Source of the DNA: Eledone cirrhosa | Lineage: Eukaryota | Direction of reading: 5' to 3' | DNA length: 64,000 nt | Assembly: GCA_964016885.1 (NCBI GenBank) | Contig: OZ024742.1 | Location: 369,148,001 to 369,212,000, forward strand | Part shown: piece by piece, positions 1 to 19,460 of the stretch | Position numbering within the stretch: position 1 is the stretch's first letter | How the letters are laid out: each line of letters starts with the position of its first letter | Position numbers and translations under genes: made by a program | The notes under the pieces: generated by a model | The model's database searches: none | What the model was told of the DNA's origin: nothing | What the model saw: only the letters and a program-made list of their open reading frames with translations

Positions 1-140
1 TGGCCGGTGCTTATGCCGGTTTCATGGCGTGAAGTGACTGAGAGTAAAGGACTCCCCGCTGGACAGGACGCCAGTCCATCGCAGGGTTTAAACCCCCAGC
101 TATTGCTGGTACTCATTTTCAGCTGAGTATACTGGAGCAA
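1..140 (-). mobile_element. SINE fragment (body only)
   Basis: ccagtccatcgcagggtt...gctggtactcattttcagctgagt..actggagcaa resembles conserved invertebrate SINE body sequence. It ends at a (TA)n run. Family not verified. Confidence 0.5.
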
Positions 141-394
141 TATATATATATATATATATATATGAGAGGGAGAGAGGGAGAGAAAAAATGAGAAAAGGGG
201 GAATGTGCTATTAACTTTGCGCTTTATACTTGCTAGTTGTTTTAATTGCTGTTCCACTGTCTCAAAAGAAGTGGGCGAAAAGATCTCCCTATAGTAACTA
301 CTGGAAAGACCATGAGTAGTTGAGATGAGAGACAAGCGTATACACAGCTATATTCCGAGTAGCTAAGGAGTAAATTACTGTGACTCATAAATAG

Positions 395-425
<31 letters not shown>

Positions 426-430
426 GATAG

Positions 431-1063
431 ATTTCTTTATTTACCATAAAGGCATAAAAAGAAGGGACAAATACAAAGGGGGAGTTTACATATAATCGAG
501 TAAAAAGGGTGTAACATGAAAATAATCGAAAATAACCTCAAAAGGGAGGGGACGTGATGGGGGTTGCACACACCCCCGAAAAAGTGTGCAATCCTTTGCC
601 CGGGGAGCACATGGAGAAGGTGCTCCCCTCTCCTTTACTTCTTTACCTACAGGATGGTATACAGAGAAGGCCCATTTACACGAGCCATTCTCGCCACTAT
701 CACCCACCTTTCATAAAACTGCCTGTGGCCAAGCACCTCTCTCTCCATTCTTATCCTTCTTCCGAAGTGATATCGGAAGAAGTAGACCAGACTATGGCCA
801 GAGAGGAAGTTGCCTGACCTCAGACCTTTCAATCGTGTCCACCAAACAACCTCTTTCAACATGGCTATTACGCACAGAAAAACCGCCTTTGCTTCCTTTG
901 TGAAGAGGGGAGGCGGTTTGATTGTCATCACGGACTCGGCGGTCAATTTAATCGGCGCCACCCGCGACAGCAGTTGTTCGGCGTAGCCCCACAGATCAGT
1001 CACGCCCGGACATTGCACCAATGCGTGCGCCACGGTTTCTTCGTGACGCACGCATCTAGGGCA
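431..1063 (-). mobile_element. Tx1/L1-type LINE 3' fragment (C-terminal Zn finger plus 3' UTR)
   Basis: ORF 647..1159(-) CPRCVRHEETVAHALVQCP...EVVWWTRLKGL is homologous to the C-terminus of the element at 22842-28678. (TAGA)n flanks both sides. Confidence 0.9.
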
Positions 1064-1131
1064 TAATAAATAGATAGATAGATAGATAGATAGATAGACA
1101 AGGCCGGGACGTAAATTCATATCTTTACAGT

Positions 1132-1270
1132 GAATAATTGTTTCTACTTTTTGGTACAAAGCCAGAAATTTGAAGGAAAGTCGATTAAATCAACCCCAGT
1201 GCATTGCTGGTGATTTTATCCAGTCCGTAAAGACGAAAGGCAAAGTTAATCTCGGTGGGATTTGAACTCA
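1132..1270 (-). mobile_element. tRNA-derived SINE, family A (partial)
   Basis: Reverse complement of B-box gagttcaaatcc and body gattaactttgcctttc...; tail tagaaacaatt. Confidence 0.8.
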
Positions 1271-1439
1271 ATGTAATTTCTCCAGGATTACGAATAAATT
1301 TATGGTTAAACTAAATTTTCTTCTAGAAAGAAACTGGGGCAAGTTTTAGATTTTTAAAATGTGAGCTATTTATAGTTGTTTCCTGATCTATCGAATTTCT
1401 CCAACTAGAGACTAAACAGGGATCAATGGGTTGGAGTGG

Positions 1440-2648
1440 GAAGGGTTTGTGGTACGGTGGGGTATGGTATAGGGAAGTGTGGTGTGGGATGTGCTGTCGT
1501 GTCGTGTCATGTCATGTAGTGTGATGTGGTGTAGTATGGTGTGGTGTTGTATAGTGTGGTTTGATGCGATGTGGTGGGTGTAGTGTGCTGTAATGCAGTG
1601 TGTATCATGGTGTATCGTGGTGGGGTGAGGTGCAATGTGGTGTGGTAATGTAGCGTAGTGGAGTGTGGCGTGGTGTAATATAGAGTAGTGTAGTGTAGTG
1701 TAGTGTAGTACAGTATGTTGTACTGTAGTATGATATAATGTGGTAAAGTTGTATAATATAGTAAGGTGGAGTGTAGTGTAGCGTAGTGGAGTGTGGCGTG
1801 CTGTAGTATAGAGTAGTGTAGTGTAGTGTAGTGTAGTACAGTATGTTGTACTGTAGTATGATATAATGTGGTAAGGTTGTATAATATAGTAAGGTGGGGC
1901 GTAGTGTAGCGTAGTGGAGTGTGGCTTGGTGTAATATAGAGTAGTGTAGTGTAGTGTAGTACAGTATGTTGTACTGTAGTATGATATAATGTGGTAAAGT
2001 TGTATAATATAGTAAGGTGGAGTGTAGTGTAGCGTAGTGGAGTGTGGCGTGGTGTAATATAGAGTAGTGTAGTGTAGTACAGTATGTTGTACTGTAGTAT
2101 GATATAATGTGGTAAAGTTGTATAATATAGTAAGGTGGAGTGTAGTGGAGTGTGGCGTGGTGTAATATAGAGTAGTGTAGTGTAGTGTAGTGTAGTGTAG
2201 TACAGTATGTTGTACTGTAGTATGATATAATGTGGTAAAGTTGTATAATATAGTAAGGTGGGGCGTAGTGTAGCGTAGTGGAGTGTGGCGTGGTGTAATA
2301 TAGAGTAGTGTAGTGTAGTGTAGTGTAGTACAGTATGTTGTACTGTGTAGTGTATAGTAGAGTAGTGTAGTGTGGTGTGGGGTGTAGTGTAGTGTGGTGT
2401 AGTACAGTAAGATGCAGTGTAGTGTGGTGTAGTATAGTATGCTGTAGTGCAGTGCGGTGTAGGGTGTAGTGTAGTATGATGTAGTGCAGTGTAGGGCGTA
2501 ATGTAGTGTGGCCTAGTGCAGTGTGGTGCAGTGTAGGGTGTTGTATGGTCTAGTGCAGTGCGGTGCATTGTAGTGTGGTGCAGTGTAAGATGTGGTGTAA
2601 TGCAGTGTGGTGCAGTGTAGGGTGTAGTGTGGTGTAGTGCAGTGTGAT
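1440..2648. repeat. (GTAGT/GTGTG) pentamer satellite with ~125-bp higher-order unit
   Basis: Marker acagtatgttgtactg recurs at about 1710, 1838, 1961, 2079, 2202 and 2330. Confidence 0.9.
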
Positions 2649-2769
2649 CAGTTTGAAAACAACAGTTGATACACATGTATGAGATATACTACAGCTACAT
2701 GGTATCCTTTCAATCGATCACACCTGTTCAGACATATAGGGAAATAAATACATGTAAAATAAATACATG

Positions 2770-3040
2770 AGATGGACCGCCGTCGATTTCAACGGTGAGT
2801 GTTTCAGTTGTTTGGTCAACAAAACGGCATGCTCATGAAATTAACATGTGTACCATTGACGTAGTTCTCAGGAAGATTCAGCATGACAGGGTGTGTGACA
2901 ATTCATTTTTTCCAACTAAGTAGAATATAGCAATGTAATGTAAAGTGTCTTGTTCAAGGACACAATGCGCCGGTCCGGAAATCGAACTTATCACCTTAAA
3001 ATAATGACCGAACACTCTAACCACTAAACCACGTACTTTC
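2770..3040 (-). mobile_element. tRNA-derived CORE-like SINE, family B
   Basis: aaagtgtcttgttcaaggacac body and ctaaccactaaaccacg (reverse A-box); similar to 8860-9215 and 32441-32685. Confidence 0.7.
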
Positions 3041-3283
3041 TTAAACACGTATTACACTCCCAAATACTGACATTTAACCCTTTTTTATACCAAACCACCT
3101 GAAACATCCCTGGTTCGATGATAAAAAGTCATTTGGTTTAAGTGTTTATTTAAAATCCTTCCATCATAATTGTTTCTACTATTGGCACAAGGCCAGCAAT
3201 TACCCAGTACATTATTGGTACTTTATTTTATCGACCCCGTAAGGAATGTTATATAAAAACCTTTATTAAGTTATGTTCTAAAC

Positions 3284-3618
3284 CAGTCATGGGCAAACTG
3301 CGACCCTCGAGCCGCTTGAGCCCCGTTTGGCTTCCTGAATGCCATGCCTAATTTCAAATTTGCCTTGCATTATTTAGTAGGGCGGTGAATTGGCAGTATC
3401 AGTAGAGGGTTGGACGCCATGCTTTCTAGAGTTCAAATCCCGCCGAGGTTAACTTTGCCTTTCATCCTTATGGGGTCGATAAAATAAAGTACCAGTAATG
3501 TACTGGGTAATTGCTGGCCTTGTGCCTAAAGTAGAAACAATTATTTAGTAGCGCGCCCCGCCTTATGATGAGCTACACCCTACGCGGCCCACTGATCGTG
3601 AAAGGTTGCCCATGCCTG
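3284..3618. mobile_element. hAT (Charlie/Buster-like) MITE
   Basis: TIRs cagtcatgggcaaact / aggttgcccatgcctg; 8-bp TSD ttctaaac (3276-3283) / gtctaaac (3619-3626). Confidence 0.85.
3381..3539 (+). mobile_element. SINE family A inserted in the hAT MITE
   Basis: A-box tggcagtatcagtag and B-box gagttcaaatcc; 12-bp TSD attatttagtag on both sides. Confidence 0.9.
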
Positions 3619-3815
3619 GTCTAAACATTATCTTCATATTAGTAAACCCCTTCAAATCCTTATTTTCAGAATTAATCACCTTTCATTAGAAATATGTTGA
3701 GGATTCGCTTAAACGTATCGATTTACCGGCAGAATTGTATCAGCAATAGAATCAATCACTGATGGAAACAGCTTCCTTGGGTGGGTCGATATGACGATCA
3801 GCTCTTTTCTTTTTA

Positions 3816-3914
<99 letters not shown>

Positions 3915-3946
3915 TCCTTTTATATATACATATATATATATATATA

Positions 3947-4626
3947 AATCAGGTTGGAATAGTTTAAAAGTGGTTAGACCAACAGTGGTTAGACCAACAG
4001 AGGTTAGACCAACAGTGGTTAGACCAACAGTGGTTAGACCAACAGAGGTTAGACCAACAGAGGTTAGACCAACAGTGGTTAGACCAACAGTGGTTAGACC
4101 AACAGTGGTTAGACCAACAGAGGTTAGACCAACAGAGGTTAGACCAACAGAGGTTAGACCAACAGTGGTTAGACCAACAGTGGTTAGACCAACAGTGGTT
4201 AGACCAACAGTGGTTAGACCAACAGTGGTTAGACCAACAGTGGTTAGACCAACAGTGGTTAGACCAACAGTGGTTAGACCAACAGTGGTTAGACCAACAG
4301 AGGTTAGACCAACAGTGGTTAGACCAACAGTGGTTAGACCAACAGTGGTTAGACCAACAGTGGTTAGACCAACAGTGGTTAGACCAACAGTGGTTAGACC
4401 AACAGTGGTTAGACCAACAGTGGTTAGACCAACAGTGGTTAGACCAACAGTGGTTAGACCAACAGAGTGCTCGGTATATTGGGCAGTAGAGTGGGGTTAT
4501 ATTATGATGTGTTAAGGGACCCGACAGCTGAGCTCTTGCCGTTTCAACACCTAGTTTTAATACATTATAGACTGGTACGTGCTGTTGAAACAGCAATAGC
4601 TCAGCCGTTGGGTCCCGACTCTTATA
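3947..4626 (-). mobile_element. (TA)n-docked fold-back short element with an internal 15-bp array
   Basis: Inverted repeat gggacccgacagctgagct..gtttcaaca / tgttgaaacagc..agctcagccgttgggtccc. Tail ccccactctactgccc..gagcactct matches the 7646/29792 family. (TA)n on both sides. Confidence 0.7.
3969..4467. repeat. 15-bp minisatellite (AG[T/A]GGTTAGACCAAC)n, ~33 copies
   Basis: Near-perfect tandem array with a single T/A variant position. Confidence 0.97.
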
Positions 4627-5847
<1,221 letters not shown>

Positions 5848-5989
5848 ATGTTATGTATGTATGTAAAAGGTAAACAGAAATAATAACACAATCGGTACAG
5901 TATATGGAAGGGATATATTAGGTTAACGCTTGATATAGCAGGAAGAGGGTCTTGTGTGTATATATTTAAAATATATATATATATATATT

Positions 5990-6186
5990 TGTTTAATATA
6001 GAAAGGCTTCTACAGGACTAGAACTGTTTCATTCGTGAGAAATCATCAGTCAGCTTCCTAATGATTGCTCACGAATGAAACAGTTCTAGTCCTGTAGAAG
6101 CTTTTCTATATTAAACATTTATACTCTGCTTTGTATTGAGTACCTTACCTACTGTGGTTAGCCCCGATTGAACCCGGAATAAACTT
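5990..6186 (+). mobile_element. Fold-back element with two inverted HHR cores (Penelope-like pLTR remnant)
   Basis: ~55-bp inverted arms. Minus strand CTGATGA-tttctcacgaat-GAAAC; plus strand CTAATGA-ttgctcacgaat-GAAAC-agttcta-GTC. Tail tactctgctttgtattgagtac; (TA)n flanks. Confidence 0.7.
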
Positions 6187-6202
6187 ATATATATATATAT
6201 AT

Positions 6203-6523
6203 ATGAACATTAATCAGTATACACTGAGGATGAAAAACTCAGAGCTGTATGGGATCCTCCCAAAAGTCAGCTCAAAAGTGACACAGAGGAGACTGAGGTT
6301 AGCTGGACATGCTCACCGACATCCAGAGTTGACATTGCACTCAGTGATCCTGTGGGAGCCCCTACATGGACACACTGGAAGAGGAAGACCAAGGCTAACG
6401 TATGTTGATGCCCTAAGGACAGACATTGGTCTGTTGGGGACGCAGGACATGGCAGCGATAATGAGGGACATAGACCGCTGGAGAGAACTCGTCCATGGAT
6501 CTCGGGAATTTTACCCGCCCTAG
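6203..6523 (+). mobile_element. RTE-clade LINE 3' fragment
   Basis: RRLRLAGHAHRH..GRGRPRLTYVD..DIDRWRE is typical of the RTE C-terminus. Near-identical to 57250-57411. Confidence 0.88.
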
Positions 6524-6566
6524 AATAGAAATAGAAATATATATATATATATATATATATATATTT

Positions 6567-6633
<67 letters not shown>

Positions 6634-6976
6634 GCAATTATTTTACCCCGGACATATGACTATGGATATTTACGTATATCAAATACACCCATGCTTACAC
6701 ATCCACTCTTACACAGACACTCACACACATACAAACACTGATAACTGTCATGTAGGTGTATGTAAATGAATCGAACTATTCATCTCGATCTATCTAACTA
6801 TATATTTATCTAGCTATCTGTCTATTTATTTATTTATTTAATATACTACCTGTCTATCTTATTTTTCTCTCTATATATCTCCCTAACTATTTTTGTTTAT
6901 TTTTCTATTCATCTCTCTCTCTATATATATATATATATAATTTTTTTTTTCCTATATATATATATATATATATATA

Positions 6977-7182
6977 GGAAAATGTTCAAGACCCCGACGG
7001 CAGAGCTCAAGCCATTTCGACAGCTATTTCTGAATTTCTGAGTCCAGAAATAGCCGTCGAAACGGCTTGAGCTCTGCTGTCGGGGTCTTGAACATTTTCC
7101 TATTACCCACTCTACTACCCAAAGTAATGAGTACGCTGGTGCGTTATAGTCCACCTGGTTCTTTACCACACTTCCTTCGTTA
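6977..7182 (+). mobile_element. (TA)n-docked palindromic short element, copy 1
   Basis: ~55-bp fold-back ggaaaatgttcaagaccccgac...gtcggggtcttgaacattttcc plus tail attacccactctactaccc..gagtac..taccacac. Confidence 0.85.
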
Positions 7183-7192
7183 TATACATACA

Positions 7193-7237
<45 letters not shown>

Positions 7238-7343
7238 ATAGCTCTGTAGCATACATAGAGCACTCTCCTTTCCTTTACCCTTCCTACGGAAATACTTCTT
7301 ATATATATATATATAATAAAGATGGTTATAAGAGTTCCATATA

Positions 7344-7409
7344 TTTTATTATACGTATTTCGAATACAAAATCATCCTGGGACAGATGTTGTGTTCTCTT
7401 CAGATAAAA
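7344..7409 (-). ncRNA. Type I hammerhead ribozyme (minimal, palindromic stem III)
   Basis: Minus strand: UUUUAU CUGAAGA gaacacaa..uuguauuc GAAA UACGUA UA^AUAAAA. Stems I, II and III all pair. Confidence 0.7.
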
Positions 7410-7592
7410 AAATAAGGTAAAATGATATGAGGCATAATAGCTCTTGTTTATAGGAAAGTGGTAAGTCTACATATTATTTCATCTTTATTATATATACTCC
7501 AGTTCTACCAACTGTTGAGTGCTACTTATCTGATATATGCATAGTTTTATTGTTCTACAATATTACTCACCTTCTATATTATACATACACAC

Positions 7593-7645
<53 letters not shown>

Positions 7646-7647
<2 letters not shown>

Positions 7648-7807
7648 AACGAGTAGGACCCCGACGGCTGAGCTCAAGCCGTTTCGACGGCTAATTCTGA
7701 GCTCAGCCGTCGCGGTCCTACTCGTTCCTATTACCCACTCTACTACCCTAAGTATTGAGTACTTTGGTGCGTTATGGTCCACCTGGTTCCTTACCACATT
7801 TCCTCCG

Positions 7808-7810
<3 letters not shown>
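7646..7810 (+). mobile_element. (TA)n-docked palindromic short element, copy 2 (one arm internally deleted)
   Basis: Near-identical to the reverse complement of 29792-29987, with ~30 bp missing from the hairpin. Confidence 0.85.
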
Positions 7811-7866
<56 letters not shown>

Positions 7867-7937
7867 GTGTGTGTATGTATATATTCACGCACCCACCCAT
7901 CTATCTATTTATCTAGTTACTTATCTGTATACGCATA

Positions 7938-8175
7938 TGTAATTCAAAGGGCCAGCCTTGCCATACACTTTGTCTCTCTGAATTTCCCTGGAAATTACAT
8001 TAAGAGTACACGTGTCTCTGGAATACTCAACCACTTGTATCATTATACCAGATGGGCTGTACTTGCAAGTCAACAGGTCAGCTTTGTAATACAGAGTGTA
8101 ACAAAGAATCTCTCTGAGAACTTCGTAACCGGTGCCAGAGTCTGTGGAATGCTCAGCCACTTTCACATTCATTTC
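7938..8175 (+). mobile_element. SINE family B tail with internal ~113-bp duplication
   Basis: gtaattcaaagggccagcc..gaatttccctggaaattac..actcaaccacttg occurs twice; same as 9006-9212. Confidence 0.65.
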
Positions 8176-8859
8176 AGAAGTCGGCTGTCCCGTTAATCGA
8201 ACAACTAGAACACTCATAGTCTATATTGACAGAGATCTACCCATTAAGCTATATATCCCATCAATATCGTTTTTATTTTTTTTATCCTTCCGAGGATGAT
8301 GAATCGAACTATCAGTGTAGATTTAATCGGACTTTACCCTTATCAAGGCGATCGATTTGACAAAGTTGTTAGAGCATTGGATATTTCTTCCGGAACTCTG
8401 CGTAAGTTCAAATACCGTTGAGCTCTACTTTGCCTTTCATACATTTGAGTCGATGAAGAAATTACCAGCTCAATGTTGATGCAACCCTCTTTCCTTCCAG
8501 CTCTCACAGCCTAGATGTTTTGTTTTGTTTTGTTTTGCTTTTTGGATCAAAGGAGGGTGGATCAAGAGAGTTTGTTATCTGCTCATGACTGCGTGGGTAC
8601 CTAACACCCTTAATGAAAGCACTGTATATATTACCAAGTCATACTTGATTGCAAGTGACCGTTGTAATTACCACCCCTCCAAAATCCCTGGCCTTGTGCC
8701 AATATTAGAAATGATATTAGTTACTCAGTCGATAATAAGATTTACAGGATCGAAGTCAAAGGTCCTTTCATGGCGGCATTAATTTGCTTTTTCTTTCATC
8801 CATCTGGGGATCAATAACATAAGAACCGATAATAAACTGATATCATTTTCATTAAAGCG

Positions 8860-9215
8860 TGAATACATGTGGCTTAGTGGTTAGGGTGTTCGGCTCACGA
8901 TCATAAGTTCGTAAATTCGATTTCAGGCGGTGCATTGAGTTCTTGAGCAAGACACTTTATTTCACGTGGCTCACTTCAACTCAACTGGCTAATATTAGTT
9001 GTACCTGTAATTCAAAAGACCAGCCTCGCGCTGAATCTCCCTGAAAACTACATTAAGGTTGCACGTATCTGTAGTACGTTCAGCCACTATGATGCGAGAT
9101 GGATTGTACCAGTAACTCAAAATGACAGCCTTATCACACACTGCGTCACACTGAATCTCTCTGAGAACTACGTTTAGGGTGCACATTTCTATGGAATACT
9201 CAACCACTTGCACGA
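8860..9215 (+). mobile_element. tRNA-derived CORE-like SINE, family B
   Basis: A-box gtggcttagtggttag, B-box-like aattcgattt, body cttgagcaagacactttatttc, duplicated tail. Confidence 0.8.
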
Positions 9216-10251
9216 TGTTCGGACAATTGGGACACTTATCCTCGAAACAGACAGAAGCCCAACACACAATTCATTAACAGCCCCACAACCTTTTTGAAAA
9301 ATGTTTTCGAGGCTTATATATTCTTCTGCTGAGCTACGACGAATTGGTGAATTAGCAAAGTCGTTAGAGCGTCGGATGAAATGTCTCGATAATTGTTCCG
9401 GATGTCTGTGCTATGATTTCAAGTCCTGTTAAGGTTAACTTTGTCTTTCATCCTTTTGGTAACCGATAAATAAACTAGCTGTCCGGCTGGGGTGGGTGGT
9501 TTGGTAAAGTTACTAAAGAGTCAGATGGAGGCTTTGCAGGGTCTGTTTCAGCTCTGTGCCTTCTGAGTTGAAATCCTGGCTCATGTCATTGGACAAGTAT
9601 TGGCGCTTCTACCAGGAATTGTGATCAACAGAAAGTATGAAGAATGGAAAGAACAATGAAAATATAGTTTCCTCAGTTCAACCTGGCGATCAGTTCCTTT
9701 CCTTAAACTAAACTACTACTACTACTACTACCTCTACTACCACCACCACCAGTACTACTACTACGACGACGACTAATATTACTACTACTACATTATATAT
9801 CTATTATGACCGGTTTAAAATGTAAGGTGTCGCAGTAATTGCCAATTCCACACTATCATTATTAAACAAAAGGCTACCAGCTGTCTCCCACTTCACCAAT
9901 CGAATTTCTATTGCAACCACACTATCAAAACATAATAATTATGAAGCTAAACTCCTCTTTGGCCTCTATTAAAGGCTTATTGTAAATACTATCAAAACAT
10001 ACTAATTATGATGGCCATCTCTTTGGACCGCTATTTAAAAGTTTATTGCTATTTCTTACACCAGCCATAGCATAAGCTAGCCAAACATTTTAATATAAGA
10101 TTTATGCTGGCCGAAACTAAAATACGGGTGGATCTATTAAAACAAAAATTCGATAAACCGAATAAAATGGTGTTTTTGGTCAACATTGATCTATTTTTTC
10201 TTTAAATAATATGTATTTATGCTAGAACATATATATATATCAGAAAAAATA

Positions 10252-10453
10252 TAGGGTCACCACAAAAACACTCCGAGCTTGATTATCGCATTGATGTTTT
10301 CCAAGCAACAAAAGGGGCACACATTCGGTGTCTATGATATCAACCAATACCACATGAAACTTTGTTAGTTTATGCAACTGTAGTCACCAATATTGTAAGA
10401 AGTTTTCATATTATAAGTATTTGAAATCAAGGAGTGTTTTTCTGGTCACCTTG
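10252..10453. mobile_element. Tc1/mariner-type MITE
   Basis: TIRs tagggtcaccacaaaaacactcc / ggagtgtttttctggtcaccttg, with TA on both sides. Confidence 0.8.
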
Positions 10454-11282
10454 TATATCAGAAGGTTTAAGGTAAATTTATTGTAGATAGAACTACAGTT
10501 TTATTCTATTTAACATTACTGGAGCATCGCTATATGTCAAGCAAGGTATAGAATATGACAGAAACGGTTAGTTAAATTTGCATGAAGTGCATTTGTTTGG
10601 CAACAAACTAAATAATAAATAATGATACCATATTAATAAATATAATAAATATTTGTGTTACTTTATTGGAAGAGTCAATTTAATATTAACTTCAGTTTTT
10701 GTGGGTTTTTTTCATTATTAAAAGCTTCGCCGTGAAAAAAATGGTGTAAATACTTTTTTACTATTCCTTCTGTTAAAGAGAAAAATATGAGATTACCTTT
10801 ATGAATTCCAGAGATTATTGTAGTAATGTACTGGGTATTGCTGGCCTTGTGCCAATAGTAGAAACAATTATTGTATCTTCGTCCGAAAGTAAAAAGACGA
10901 TAATTCTGTCTACTAAGGAATATTACTATAACAAAGTTATATAATATATATATCAGTGGTGCTATTGTTTCAATAGCTATTGAAACAATAGCACCACTGA
11001 CGATGTTGCAGATGTGCAACGAAAGAACTTTGATAAACTATATATATGTGTTTGTGTCTATATTGTATCTGTATTTTTGACCGTTGGTCAGTCAATGGCA
11101 ACATTGAGGACCGAGTAAGTTAGATTACCGATATAAAAGACACAGAAGCGAAAAGCGAAAACCAACCAAACAGTGAGTGTGTTCTGTTATTAATTCTGGC
11201 AATATTATACAAATATGACCCTCCCCAAGTATAACAATATTTGTTTCGACACACGATTTCATATCAAAAACCTCGCAAAACT

Positions 11283-17647
<6,365 letters not shown>

Positions 17648-18241
17648 ATATATGGGATGTCCAGCATGATGTATAATATAACTGAATTGCTCAGTCTAGT
17701 TTACGTTTGGCAACCTAATAAATTAAATAGTAAATATTTATACGAGAACACAGCGTATATAAAAGAAAGATTTCAAATATATTATACTCTCAATCTCTTA
17801 AAGCTCGGGTCTGGTAAGTCTATGGACACGAGAAAGACTTCAATTTAACTGAATAGTTGCAAGTTGATTACTACATCAAAATATGGGCATTGTTGGTGCT
17901 CCATAGGGATGACGTTCTGGGAAGGAAGGATTAGGTGTAGGCGTTAGTCTGAGGCTTGCGGATAGGATATGCACACAACGATATGGAAGACGAGAGAAGG
18001 GGAGAGACGTATAAGTCGAAGGGGCTTGAGTGTATGTGAGACTAATCAGATCTGATGAGCGAAGACAACTTGAAGTGGATGTAGTGGTGGTGGTGGTCGT
18101 AGTAGTTGGTGGTGGTAGTGGTAGTAGTTGTAGTAGTAATGGTGGTGGTGATGGTGGTCGGGGACATTTGTCGAACAAAGTGTTCTACAATTGTAGCACT
18201 TTGATGGCTTTTTATTGTATTGTTTATTAGATTAATTATGA

Positions 18242-18470
18242 CGGCGAATTGGCAGAGTCGTTAGAGCGTCAGTATTTGTTTTAGTTCTCGATGCTCCTAG
18301 TTTAAACCTCGCCGAGGTCAAATTTACTTTTCAATTTTTCGGGGACGATAAATAAAGTACCAATCTAGGAGTTTAGGAGGACGGTGAACTGGTGGAATTG
18401 TTAAAGAGTCGGACGGGATACGTTGCGATATTTGATCCGATGCTGCACGTTCTGGGTTCAAACCCTGCCT
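18242..18470 (+). mobile_element. Two diverged SINE family A heads in tandem
   Basis: ggcgaattggcagagtcgttag..gagg..tttacttttc..gataaataaagtacc, then ggcggtg-like head with gggttcaaaccc B-box. Confidence 0.65.
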
Positions 18471-19460
18471 CCATCTACCACGAGTTGTGTCCGTCCGACA
18501 GATTATACCAGCAATGAAAAGACCAATGGAAACATTGTTTGCTCGGTCCAATCAAACGATCTACTGCCTATCTTCTTTTTTTTAGGAGATAATTAAAGAT
18601 GAGAGTAAAAAACATCTATAATAAGAAATCTTGAGATACAACACCACAGATTATTGCTTTAGATTTATATACCAGTTATTACTTTTAGCTCTTGGATACT
18701 TGAGCCCTAATCTTGAATAGCGGCTAATAAGGAAATTACAATTACAAGCCATAAAGTGTACTGTGAGAATATTTAAGGCAATTCAGAGATTCATGCTGTA
18801 ATATACTTGTGTGTATATATATATATGTATATATATGTGTGTGTGTGTGTGTATAAACATACAAACATAGATATGTTTGTATATTTATAATTGTGTGCAT
18901 ACACACAAAGATATGTATGTGTACACACATGAATAGACATATAAACATGTATATATATCTGTGTGTGTACAATTATAGATATACAAACATATGTAGCTCG
19001 ACACATGCAATGACATAAATACACACAAGCATACATACGAACATGCATACATACGAACATACATACATACACACATACACACATACACATATATGTACGC
19101 TATTCTTACAACCATATCGGAAAATCAATTAAAAATGAACTGTTTATTTGTTCCTTTCTATACATTACAAAAGACAGCCGAAGACAGACAAAAGAGGCCA
19201 CACACAGCGTACAGACAAGAACATAAATAACGATGATGATGATGATGATGATTTCTTTTATTAGCCACAAGGGCCAATCACGAAAAGCAAAAGCAAAGAG
19301 AGAGAAAGAGTGAGGTTTATATTGAGTGAAGAGAAAGAAAGAGACATCAATATAAAGAAAACAATAGATACAACAAAAACAACAATTGTAATAAATAGTA
19401 AGAATAACAATGTAAAATAATAAATAAATAATAATAGCAATAATAATACTAATAATAATG

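Larger units (their letters stand above)
3078..3680 (+). mobile_element. piggyBac-type MITE remnant interrupted by a SINE piece and a hAT MITE
   Basis: TTAA|CCCTTTT start. Segments align by eye with the TTAA-flanked MITE at 33801-34038 (aaacctttattaa.., atattagtaaacccc..). Confidence 0.6.

Noticed and set aside
1507-2676. 389-aa H/Y/T-rich ORF
   Set aside because: Translation of the pentamer satellite.
3781-4596. VVRPT / WSNHC repeat proteins, or a CRISPR-like array
   Set aside because: Pure 15-bp tandem repeat with no spacers; the reading frames follow from the unit length.
18052-18066. ctgatgagcgaagac as a hammerhead
   Set aside because: No GAAA box and no supporting stems.
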